Origin: Sphyrna mokarran
Lineage: Eukaryota
NCBI GenBank assembly: GCA_024679065.1
Contig: JAGIQG010000004.1
Coordinates: 57,660,001 to 57,724,000, forward strand
Length of the DNA stretch: 64,000 bases
Direction of reading: 5' to 3'
The number at the start of each line of letters is the position of its first letter. Position 1 is the stretch's first letter. The position numbers were made by a program, and so were the translations under genes. Shown one piece after another: positions 12,801 through 24,810 of the stretch. The notes below the pieces were generated by a model, which was not told the DNA's origin, made no database searches, and worked only from the letters and a program-made list of their open reading frames with translations.

Positions 12801-14950
12801 CCTTTCTAACGAAAACAACCTCAAATCCTTCAACCTCTCGTCATAGGACCTGCCTCCATACCAGGCAACATCCTGGTAAAACCTCCTCTGTACCCTCTCC
12901 AATGCCTCCACATCTTCTTCTAATGTGGCGAACCAGAACTGCACACAATACTCCAAGTCGCGGCCTGCAACTAGAGTTTTGTACAGTTGCAACATGATGC
13001 TGCGGCTCCGAAATTCAATCACCCTACCAATAAAAAGCTAAGACTCCATATCCTTCTTAACAACTTTATCCACTTGAATGCCTACTTTCAGTGATCTATT
13101 GACCATACACCAAGATCCCTCTGTCCTCAACACTATTAAGAGCCCTACCATAGCCCTATACTTACACATTTATGTCTGCCAAGTGCATTACCTCACACTT
13201 TTTCCACATTAAACTCCATTTGCCACCTCTCGGCCCAGCTCTGCAACTTGTCCAAGTCACTCTGTAAACTAAAACACCCCTCTTCACTATACCACTCCAC
13301 CAACTTTAAGTATAATCTGCAAATTTTATGATCCATCCCTTCAATACCTCATCAGATCCATTTATAAAAATTACAAACAGCAGGGGCCCCAAAACAGGAC
13401 CCCTGAGGCACACCACTCGTCACCGAACTCCACGATGAATATCTCCCATCAACCACCACCCTCTGTCTCTATCTGCCAGCCAATTCCTAATCCAATTAGC
13501 TAAATCACCCTCTATTCCACACATCTGCATTTTTCTGTAGAAGTCTTCCATGGGCCACCTTATCAAACGCCTTACTAAAGTCCATATATACTACATCAAC
13601 CGCCTTACCCCCCCCCATCACCTCACTGGTCACTTTCTCAAAAAACTCAATGAGGTTAGTAAGGCATGACCTACCCTTCACGAAACCATGCTGACTGTCC
13701 CCAGTCAATTCATTTCTCTCTAAATAACTATAAATCCTATCCCTAAATAATTCTCTCCAATACCTTGCCCACAACAGAAGTAAGACTCACTGGCCTATAA
13801 TTCCCTGGAAGGTCTCTCTTCCCTTCTTAAACAATGGGACCACATTCGCTATCCTCCAGTCCTCCGGAACCACACCCGTAACCAACGAGGACCTGAAGAT
13901 CAGAGCCAGAGGCTCTGCAATCTCCTCTCTAGCCTCCCAGAGAATTCTAGGGTAAATCCCGTCCGGCCCAGGGGACTTATCCAACTTCAAACCCTCGAGA
14001 ATTTCTAACACATCCTCCCTATCTACTACAATACTTCCCAATTTGCAACCCTGTACCTCAGTGCTCTCCATAGCTACATTTCCAGCACTCTGCGTGAATA
14101 CCGAGAGAAATATTTATTCAGTGCCTCACCAATCTCTTCAGGTCCACGCACAACTTCCCACTGCTGTCTATGACTGGCCCTAATCTTGCCCTAACCAATC
14201 TTCTATTCTTAACATATCGAAAGAAAGCTTTAGGATTCTCCTTAATCCTATCAGCCAACATCTTCTCGTGAAGGTCAGTGTGAATGACAGGAGCCCTGGA
14301 GATGGCCAGTGAAGGTCAGTGTGAATGACAGGAGCCCTGGAGATGGTCAGTGAAGGTCAGTGTGAATGACAGGAGCCCTGGAGATGGCAATGAAGGTCAG
14401 TGTGAATGACAGGAGCCTGAGATGGCCAGTGAAGGTCAGTGTGAATGACAGGAGCCCTGGAGATGGCCAGTGAAGTCAGTGTGAATGACAGGAGCCCTGG
14501 AGATGGCCAGTGAAGGTCAGTGTGAATGACAGGAGCCCTGGAGATGGTCAGTGAAGGTCAGTGTGAATGACAGGAGCCCTGAGAATCAGTGTGGAATGAC
14601 AGGAGCCCGAGATGGCCAGTGAAGGTCAGTGTGAATGACAGGAGCCCTGGCAGATGGCCAGTGATGGGCCAGTGAGGTCAGTGTGAATGACAGGAGCCCT
14701 GGAGATGGTCAGTGCAGGTCAGTGTGAATGACAGGAGCCCTGGAGATGGCCAGTGAAGGTCAGTGTGAATGACAGGAGCCCTGGAGATAGCCAGTGAAGG
14801 TCAGTGTGAATGACAGGAGCCCTGGAGATGGCCAGTGAAGGTCAGTGTGAATGACAGGAGCCCTGGAGATGGCCAGTGAAGGTCAGTGTGAATGACAAGT
14901 GCCCTGAGGCAGCCAGTGAAAGTCAGTGTTATGACACGTGCCCCAGAGGT
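9830..14950. repeat. 41-bp minisatellite array of about 80 units, interrupted by CR1 at 12428-14267
   Basis: Unit gagatggccagtgaaggtcagtgtgaatgacaggagccctg; successive starts at 9843 and 9884 give a period of 41. Confidence 0.98.
12428..14267 (-). mobile_element. Young 5'-truncated CR1 LINE inserted in the minisatellite
   Basis: (catagaa)n tail at the left end; RT pieces KSPGPDGIYPRIL, QHGFVKGRSCLTNL and YMDFSKAFDKV; gtgaa on both sides (12423-12427, 14268-14272). Confidence 0.95.
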
Positions 14951-15624
14951 AGCAGGTGTAGATCAACACAACCACATCTTCCTCTACTGGTCTCAACAGC
15001 ATCGTGAGCACTCCAGCCACTTCTGCACATTGAATGCTGCGTTTGTGGAACTGTGATGTATTAGCAGCATCCATATAGCCGAACTCTAGCCAGACGGTCT
15101 GTCTCCAAGCACATTCTTATGAAATACGATTTGCTGTAAAATGTTCCCAATGCTGTGCGACAACACACTTGTTGCCTCTGAAAATGCACTGATGAGCAGA
15201 CAGTATCAGGAAGGCTCAATAATTGGGCGTTAGCGCACTCCACAGCACCTGAATGTTAATTATATAACTGCTCTCATTAAAATATGTGTGTGTGTGGGAA
15301 GGTGGGTGAGAAGGATGATTACTTGGTGCTTTTCCTACTGGAAATAAAAACGTTTATTTTTAACCCTGACAAACTCCGGTTTCCAAAGACAATGGCCAAA
15401 ATTACCTGGCCCTTCACTCCCCACTGCCACTGCCTGCGAGGATGGAGAATTTGGCGCTCAGCCAAATCTGCATTCACTGCACAGGGACTGGAGAATCCCA
15501 GCTGCAGGCGAGGCTGCAGAATCCAGGCCAACATCTCAGGATGGATTTTCCTCTTCATTAGTAGGGCAGTTATCTGGAGCAGCCAGTGTGGCCAATACTT
15601 ATCAAGTAAAATAAGGGCCAATTT

Positions 15625-16270
15625 GTAAAGTTCATATTTTCCCACATTATACTCCATCTGCCAATTTTTTGCCCAACCATTTGACCTATCTATATCACTT
15701 TGCAGACACTCTGTACTTTCTTCATTACTTTCTCACACCAGCAAACTTTGCAACCATACGTTCAGTTCCTTCATCCAAATCATTGATATAGGCTGTAAAT
15801 GGTTGAGGCCCAACCACTGATCTCTGTTTCACTCCACTTATTACATCTTGCCAACCTAAAACTTACTCATTTAAATAACTGATTCTCAATCATGTTAATG
15901 TGTTGCCCCTATACCATGAGTACTTACTTTATGAAGTAATCTTTGATGTAGCGCCTTGTCAAATGCCATTGGAAATCTAAAGACAGTACGTTCACAGGTT
16001 CCTCTTCCTAGTTACTCCCTCAAGGAATTCCAATATAGTAATCAAACGTGATTCTATTCCTCTAAATTATGTTGATATTGCCAGATTACATTAAGATTTT
16101 CTAAATCCCCCACAATAATCTCCTTAATAATAGATTCCTTTATTTTTCCTGTGACAGATGTTAAACTAATTCGCTAGTACTTTCCTCCTTCCTGTTTTCC
16201 TCCTATCCTGAAACAAGGAGATATATTTCCTTTATTTCAATCTAATGGGATCTTTCCAAAATCTAGGAAT
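15625..16270 (-). mobile_element. Old CR1 LINE fragment
   Basis: Reverse RT motifs (MEYNVGK; gccttgtcaaatgcc = AFDK). Confidence 0.7.
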
Positions 16271-17090
16271 CATCATCCCAAGAATCATTGCATAATGCAC
16301 AACCACTGCGTCTCGCTGCAACTGTCACTTGTGTATTGATTAGCAGTGGGCAGGACTTCTATCTGCCCTTGGAAGTAAGTCCTGCCCATGAGAGCAGCCA
16401 GCCAATCAGATTGGCTGACAGTTCTCCAACCTGTCCTGGGACAGCGCAGCAATGGCCACAAGTAATACTGCAGCATTCTGCTTGGGGCAAAGATGTGTCC
16501 TGGAGGTCCCAGAGGGATCATCTGGGAGTTAGACTGGTGGGGGAGAGAATAGGGGTCGTCTGGGAGTTAGGCTGGTGGGGGAGACGGGGTCCTGGAGCTC
16601 CAATGTCCCAAGGGAGAGTAGATGCCCCAACTTACTTCCCCACCATCTACATGCTTACCTCGTCTGCCTCAGAACCTGCCTTGTGGTGAGGGTAAAATTC
16701 TGCCCTAGGAATTTTGAGTTCTGGAACTAATGTGGGTATATGGAGTTAAGATGCTGATTAGTCATGATCTAGTTGAATGGCAGAACAGACTAAGAGGGTT
16801 GAATGGCCTCCTCCTATTCATCTGCTTCTAAGGCAAAAACATGCTTGCTTTGAATTTAAGACCAGATTTTAGTGCTGTTTCCCCACAGTATCTGCTTCGC
16901 TCTTGTGAAACACAGTCTTGTTAAGAATAGAGCTGATTTTTCTGCAATCCTTCTTTTATTCTCCATCTTTCTGGCAGAATATTGATTCGGTTTGAATATA
17001 ATCCAACAGGATCTGGCATTTTCTTCCCATCCCTCCTTCACTTGTGAGGGCCAACAGTGGCGATGACTGAGTGATGGGGTGATGAATAAA

Positions 17091-18006
17091 AGCTGCTCTT
17101 TCAAGTTTTATTCATTTTATTTTAGATATAAGTGGTGGTTAAATTAGTTAAGCATCATTTATTTCACTATCGATAAACAAACCTTAGTCCTTGGGATTTG
17201 AATTCACCTTGGGTGATTCATCACCCATGAAAGTCGTCACAACATTGTTTGTTCATCCAATGCCACTTTTGCAAATTGTACTGCAAGAACTGAGAGTGGG
17301 ATAAATCTTGTTCACTCCCCTGCAAACAATACCAAGGATTCCATCATCTCCTGTCCGGTACCCACTCCTTTCCTAACATTCAACTTTAAATCTCATTGGA
17401 GAAACGGCACTTCCAACACATCCAATTATTTCCTAAACATATTTGTACTGTCTGCTTTGATGGCCTTCTTTAGCACCTCAGTCTCCAATTTGTACTGCCC
17501 CCTGGGCGAAATACTGCTACATGATTTCATTCTCACTCTGACTTCCTCATTTTGAACTGATGGCCCCAGGCGACTGAACCATTTGCCTTGCTGAACAATT
17601 TGCTTGGAACAGTATTGTCACTTCTCTTTATAATCTTTTCTTAAAAGCTATCAATTCAGCCACCTCTTGCCAAACAAAACAAAGTCTAATTTCCTGCAGA
17701 CACAAAGCATATTGGAAAAACTTTAAGTGAAAGATAAGTATGAAAAGGCCATTGTATTTTACTGGTGAAGGTCAGCTTTGAACAAGTGGCTGCTGCGTTG
17801 TTCATTTTTGAATGCTATTCCACTTCTTTATTACATTATTCTGTCGATCCAAGAAGGTATCAGTGAAGACAGCTGCTCTTTCAAGTTTTATTCATTTTAT
17901 TTTAGATATAAGTGGTGGTTAAATTAGTTAAGCATCATTTATTTCACTATCGATAAACAAACCTTAGTCCTTGGGATTTGAATTCACCTTGGGTGATTCA
18001 TCACCC
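17091..18006. repeat. 136-bp direct duplication (17091-17226 and 17871-18006)
   Basis: agctgctctttcaag...gggtgattcatcaccc appears identical in both copies, 780 bp apart. Confidence 0.92.
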
Positions 18007-18329
18007 CATCACTGAAGACAATGAAGAAGATAATGAATGATTTGTAAAACATGCCAGCGAGTCACTATCACTCACTTTGTGCTGCCAGCCAAACTAAATT
18101 TATAATCACTAATTTCTTACTTAGTAATTGGATAGGAATGCCTACTATACTGTCTCCAGGGGAAAACAGTGATGTGGTGCTAATGTCACTGCCCTGGTAA
18201 TCCAAAGGTACAGACAAATGCTATGGGGGACTCAGGTTCAAATCCCATCATGGCAGCTGCTGGAATTTAAATTTGATTAATAAATACGTGGTTTAAAAAA
18301 TAACTAGATTTGGTAATGATCACCACATT

Positions 18330-19180
18330 GGTAGGGTGATTATTAGTGATGAAGAAGGTTGTAGGTTACAGGAAGATGTAGATGGGTCAGGGGGGCAGAG
18401 CAGTGGCAGGTGGTATTTAAACCTGATAAGTGGGAGGTGATGCATGTTGGAAGATAAAAGGGAGTATTTAATGAATAGCAGAACACTGGGAAGCTCAGAG
18501 GAACAAATGAATCTTGGGAAACTTATTCACAGATCCCTAAAGTCAGCAGTGCTTGTCAGTAGGAAAATTAAGAAGGCATATGGGACACTGGCTTTTATAG
18601 GTCATGGCATAGGCTATTAGAGCAAGGAGGTAATGTTAGAGTTGTACAGAACATTGGTAAGGCCACAGCTGGAGGATAGTGTGCAGTTCTGGTCACCTCA
18701 CTATAGGAAGGATGTGATAGCATTAGAGGGGATACAGAGTGAGTTCACCAGGATGTTGCCTGGGATGGAGCATTTGAGCTATAAGGAGAGGCTAGATAGC
18801 CTTGGATTGTCTTTTTAGAGCAGAGAAGGCTGAGGGGAGACATTATTGAGGTGTGTAAGATTATGCGAGTTATGGACAGGATGAGTAAGGAGCAGCTGTA
18901 TCCTTTGATTGAGGGATCAATCTTGAGGATAAAGGCAGGAGATTCAGAGGAAATTTGAGGGAAAAAAATCACTCAGATGGTGGTGGGAATCTGAAATGCA
19001 CTGCCTGGGAAGATAGTGGTGGCTAGAAACCCTGAACCTTTAAAAAATATTTGGATGAGCACTTGAAATATTGTAACATTCAAGGATATGGGACAAGTGC
19101 TGGAAAATGGGATTGATGCAATTTTGATGGACTGTGGGGCCTTTTCTGGGCTGTCTGATTCTATGACTATGACTCTATGA
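18330..19180 (+). mobile_element. CR1 LINE 3' part nested in a SINE (18165-19300)
   Basis: LELYRTLVRPQLEDSVQFWSPHYRKD; tail ctatgactatgactctatga; SINE halves on both sides. Confidence 0.85.
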
Positions 19181-21087
19181 CATTGATTGTTGTAAAAACC
19201 CACATGGTTCACTAACATTCTTTAGGAAGGAAATCTGCCATCCTTACCTGATTTGGCTTACATGGGACTCCTGATCCACCGCAATGTGGTTGACTCCAAA
19301 CTACCAGAGCAAACCAATGTGCAACAAAACCTAACCATGCCTGCTGTACTCAGGTCACATAGTAAAAATCTTGAAGTAGGTAGAATGATGTGGTTACAAC
19401 ACAATTCATTCCACAATGCTTTTGTTCTTCAGTATATTTAATGCATTGCAGAGAACATGTTGCAAGGAATCTATATTTAAACCCTAAGGTGGGTTATTGT
19501 GGCAAAAAGATAAACACAGGCCTTGAATGAGTGCTTTGCTATTAAAAAAATACTTTTTTGCAAGTGTGGATTTAGTGTGCAATTTCTGTGCTGAATTTTT
19601 ATTTATTTTTGGAATGTGGGTGTTGCTAACTAGGCCAGCGTTTATTGTCCAACCCTAATTACCCTTAAGAAGATGGTGGTCCAGGACTTGATGACTAAGT
19701 AAGCTGCAATTATAACATGGCCAAACTTAATTATCAATTTGGAAATTTTTCCAAAAGCCAATGTCAGGTGGTAAGGGTGGATGGGTGGGAGAACTAGGGA
19801 AAATGATCGCACTGATGAGATTCTTGTTTTCTGAGTCTCATGGTATTTTGTGCCAATGTCACCTTTTGCGATGGCAGTGAACAAGGGCATAAAATCATAG
19901 CATTTATGTCTTCCTCGCAGCTTGCTTTCCTACCTATCTTTGCAACATCAGCAAGTCTAGCTTTAATATAGACTGCCCTTTAATATAAATCATGCTTTGA
20001 TGAGGCCCCAGCACTGATCAGTGCAACACTCCATTGGTTAGTTTGCCAGCCTAAAAACATCCCATTTACCAAGATTTGGTTTCCATTTAGCTAGCCAATC
20101 CTCCTTCCATCCTAATATACTATCCAAAACCATGAGGTCTTAATTTGTGCAATAACATTTTATGTAGCGTCTTTCAAATGCCTTAGAAAATCAAAATATT
20201 GTACAGTACATCTATTGCTTCACCTTTATGTACCCTGCTTTCTAAATTGTCAAAAAAGCCAATAAATTTGTCAAAAATAATTCCCCAAGGATGAGGGGCC
20301 TACTGGAGGGCTGATCAGTAGTGAGGGGAACTGCTGCCACTCTGCAGTGCAATTGATGGAGGAAAGAGTGAGGGAGTGATCAGAACTGGCCATTGGTGTT
20401 GGGGATTGGGGGGATAGGTGGAAATTGGGACTGGCCATCGGGTTGGAGGTTCAAGTAGGTCAGCAATCAGGGGTGAGGGTCTGGGAAGGCTAGCAATCGG
20501 GAGGGGGTCAGCCAACACTCTGGAAGCTGGCAATGGAGGACCACTGACAGATCAGCACATACACAGCAGCCTGCTCAGCAATATGCCACCAATCTCCCCA
20601 GTGCGAAGAGGCCATGCCCACCATATCCCTACCACACCCCCTCTCCCCCCTTCTTTCTGGCGTGGATCCCTCTGAGGCACTGTGCGTTACACAGAGTGTT
20701 GGAGATTCATTTAGGTAAGTACACCCAAAAAACAGGTGGGAAAATCTTCTGTTTCCCTGCCCATTAGGTACTTAATTGTTTTTTTTGGGAGAACCCACAG
20801 AAGATATCTTGGGCTGAACTAATGCTAAATTGCCATTCAGATAAGCTTTACCACTGCAAGGACTTCTAAATTATCTGAGCAAATCTGTTCCTATCTAAAA
20901 AGATATTCTTAATCCATGAACACATTAAAATAGTTAAATATAACACTAACAAAAAGATAGCATCCATAGTATTTTGCTTTTATCTGTATTGCCTAAGCAC
21001 TTCTGAAAACATTTACAAGCTATATAAGTATTTTAAGGACCATGAAACATATAAACTGGTTCTGTCAGGAGTAGATCAGGTCTTCAT

Positions 21088-21380
21088 CCCTGCCAGCGTT
21101 GCACTGGGGTAAACACAGTAAGAAGTCTCACAACACCAGGTTAAAGTTCAACTGGTTTATTTAGTAGCAAAAGCCACTAGCTTTCTGAGTGCTGCTCCTT
21201 CGTCAGATGAGCCAATGATTGCACAATGTTCAGCACCATTTACGACTCCTCAGATACTGAAGCAATCACCTGACAAAGGAGCAGCACTCTGAAGGCTGGT
21301 GGCTTTTGCTACCAAATAAACCTGTTGGACTTTAACCTGATGTTGTGAGACTTCTTACTGCGCCTATCCTTCACCAGTCT
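21088..21380. mobile_element. Penelope-like fold-back element with two hammerhead-like arms and a LINE-derived spacer
   Basis: cagtaagaagtctcacaacaccagg...ctccttcgtcagatga / tcacctgacaaaggagcagc...gttgtgagacttcttactg. Confidence 0.8.
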
Positions 21381-22284
21381 GAGCCACAGGCCCAGTTGCC
21401 TGTTCCACTGAAAACTGAGGTCTTTCTTTTTAAGATCTTTGAAGGGTTGCAAAATAATGGGTCTGCAATTTTCTCGGAGTACCTGTGCAGATCAGGCACA
21501 TGCAGAGTGGGTTATTATATCACCAAAGCCACTGAGTGCAATAGTTAAATTTAGCCCACCCTGTTCCTGTGACTTTTTATGAACTGTGCTTGCTGTCTGG
21601 GCCTGTAGCTATAAACCTTCGCAGTTCGATTCCGAAAGAATGTTCAATAAACGAGGTACATTTACATTTTCTGCACAAGTTATCCAGGGAGCAGATCCAC
21701 CGGAACACTGAATGAAGAGTGGGCTGTGTTGGTCAGAGTGTTAAAGATGGATTGCAAGTTTATGTCCCTTTGTATTTGCAAATATTGATGCTAACCCAAG
21801 TTTTTCCAATATCACCATATTTGTCTTTGTACTAGGCAGCTAATCAATATGACTTGCATTAAGCTCACTTAATCCATCTTCACACTGCATCTAGAGCAAT
21901 TGAATTCTCACAGCCATCTGAATCATCTGTCAGGCTGCCTGAGAAAGTGACATGTGCTCTATCGCTTTGTCTATGTGTTACCCAATATCTTCCATTAACT
22001 CCTCTGAATACCAAAAGTACTTGGCATTGATGAGAAGCAAGTTTCTATCATGTTGCTTGACTAGACTGAAGGAGCAATAGCCCAACAAGAGCTGGAAGGT
22101 TTGTGCTGCAAAGCGGCCAGTCCCTCTTATTGATGCTGACTGCATTGTGGAACGTTTCTGGGTCCCTCCAATTAATTGGTGGCGTTTGATGAACCTGACC
22201 CAGGAGGCAGTGTCTGAATACCAGTCACAGTGCTGGGTGGTTGGGACATCCCAATTGGTCGCACTGTATTTGAACAGAGGGGGG

Positions 22285-23930
22285 AAATCATCAGTAATGT
22301 GATGGAAAGGGTCATCAAGCAGTACCTGCTCAGCAATAACCTGTTCAGTGATGCCCATTTCGGGTTTCATCAGGGTCACTCAGCTCCTGCCCTCATTACA
22401 GCCTTGGTTCAAACATGGACAAAAGAGCTGGACCCTAGAAGTGAGGTGAAATTGACAGCCTTTGACATCAAGGCCACATTCAACTGAGTGTGGCATCAAG
22501 GAGCCATAGCAAAACTGGAATCAATGGATATTAGTGGGCAAACTCTCCACTGGTTGGAGTCATACCTAGTACACAGGAAGACGATTGTGGATTATCTGGA
22601 CTCCAGATTATCTCTGCAGGAATCCCTCAGAGTAGTGTCCTAAGCCCACCATCTTCAGCCGCTTCATCAATGATCTTGATAGCATGGTGGCACAGTACCT
22701 GGCATAGCATGGTGGCACAGTAGTTAACACTGTAGCCTCACAACGGCAGATGCGGATTCGATTCCTGGCTTGGGTCACTCTCTGTGGGGAGTCTGCACAT
22801 TCTCCCCATGTCTGCATGGGTTTCCTTCTCATGCTCCGATTTTCTCCCACAATCCAAAAGACATGGTGGTTAGGTGCATTGGCCATGCTAAACTCTCCCT
22901 AGTGTACCCGAACTGACACTGGATTGTGGTGACTAGGGGATTTTCACAGTAACTTCATTGCTGTGTTAATGTAAGCCTACTTAAGACGCTAATAAATAAA
23001 CTAAACTTCCCGCTGTTGTAAAGTCAGAAGTAGGGATGTTTGCCAATGATTGCACAATGTTCAGCACCATTCACGACTCCTCAGACACTAAAACTCAGAC
23101 ACTAAATCAAATGCAACAATATCTGGACAATATCCAGGCTTGGGCTGACAAGCGGCAAGTAACATACACACCACACAATGCCAGGCAATGAGTATCAACA
23201 ATAAGAGATACTCTAGCCATCGCCACTTGACATTCAATGGTGTAATTATCACTGAATTCCAGATTGTCAACATTCTTGAGTTACCATTGACCAGAAACTC
23301 AACTGGACTCACTACATAAACATAGTGGCTAAAACAGCAGGTCAGAGCTAGAAGTACTGCAATGAGTAACTTACCTCCTGATTTCCCAAAGCCTATTCAC
23401 CATCTACAAAGTACAAGTCAGGAGTGTGATAGAATACTCTCCACTTGCCTGGATGGGTGCAGCTCCAACAACACTCAAGAAGCTTGACATCATCCAGGAC
23501 AAAGCAGCCCAATTGATTATTCGCATCGCATCTACAAACATTCAATTCCTCCACTACCAACACTCAGTAGCAGCAATGCATACTATCTACAAGATGCACT
23601 GCAGCAAATCACCAAACGTTCTTAGACAACATCTTCCAAACCCATGACCACTTCCATTTAGAAAGACAAGAGCAGTAGATATGTTGGAATGCCATGACCT
23701 GCAAGCTCCCTTCCAAGCCGTACTGATTTGGACATATATTGCAGTTCCTTTGCAGTTATTAGGTCGGAATCATGGGACTCCTTCCCTAACGGTATTGTGG
23801 GTCAACCCACAGCATGTGAACTGCAGCGATTCAAGAAGGCAGCTCACCAGCACCTAATTAAGGACAGTTAGACATGGGTAATTAATGCTGGACAGCCAAC
23901 GACACCCATGTCTCATGAATGAATAAGAAA
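22285..23930 (+). mobile_element. LINE (CR1/L2 group) RT remnant with 3' tail, interrupted by a SINE
   Basis: LFSDAHFGFHQGHSAP..FDIKATF and EYSPLAWMGAAPTTLKKLDIIQDKAA; tail ttcaagaaggcagctcacc. Confidence 0.85.
22681..23007 (+). mobile_element. HE1-like V-SINE with duplicated 5' end
   Basis: agcatggtggcacagta occurs twice; V-domain gggtttcc...ccacaatccaaaag; tail gtaagcctact..aataaataaact. Confidence 0.8.
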
Positions 23931-24039
23931 AATCTCCCTTAGGATTGCATTGGAATAAAGCCAGATTTTGAGCTTCAATTGGACTTGAACCTGCAACATT
24001 CAAGAGGTGAGAGTTCTCCTAACTGACCATGTTTGACAC

Positions 24040-24810
24040 CGAAGCAGCCTGTGTCCAAATGCAACTAGACCTGGATAATATACAGGCTTGGACCAAGAAG
24101 CAGCAAATAACGTTTGTACCCCTTGACACTCAATGGCGTTACCATTTTTGAATTACCCATTATCAACATCCTGAGGTTAACATTGACAAGAAATTGAAAT
24201 GGAACAGCCATATAAGTACTGTCGCTACAAGAGCAGGTCAAAGGCTGGGAATTCTACAGAGCGTAATTTAGCTCCTGACTCCACAAAGCCTGTCCCCCAT
24301 CTACAAGGTACAAGTCAGGTGTGTGATGGAATACTTCCCATTTGCCTAGATAAATGCAGCTCCGACAACAAGCAAGATGCTCGACACCATCCGGGACAAA
24401 ATAGCCTGTTTGATTGGCATCCCATCTGCCAAGTTAAACATTCACTCCACCACCAAGGCACATTGATGTGTACCATGTACAAGATGCACCAAGGCTCCTT
24501 CAATAGCACCTGAATCCAAACCCTTCTACCACCTAGAAAGATAAGGGCAGCAGATATATGAGAATATCAAACCTGTGTGTTCCCATCCAAGCTATTCACC
24601 AATCTGACCTGGAAATATATTGCAATTCCTGTCACTGGGTGAAAATCCTAGAACTTGCTCCCTAACAGCACTGTGGGTGTACATATAGCCTGAGGACTGC
24701 AGCGATTCAAGAAGGCAATTCACCACAACCTTCTCAAGGGCAACTGGGGATAGGCAATAAATGCTATTCTGGCCAGCGATGCTTACATCCAATGAATGAA
24801 TATAAAAAAA
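24040..24810 (+). mobile_element. Second 3' fragment of the same LINE family as 22285
   Basis: catctacaaggtacaagtcagg..ttcaagaaggcaattcaccac..gggcaactggggataggcaataaat. Confidence 0.8.

Noticed and set aside
9830-14950. CRISPR-like array
   Set aside because: The units are head-to-tail with no unique spacers, there are no cas genes, and the context is vertebrate.
22700-22775. tRNA genes at SINE heads
   Set aside because: The A/B-box-like heads run directly into SINE bodies and do not form complete cloverleaves.
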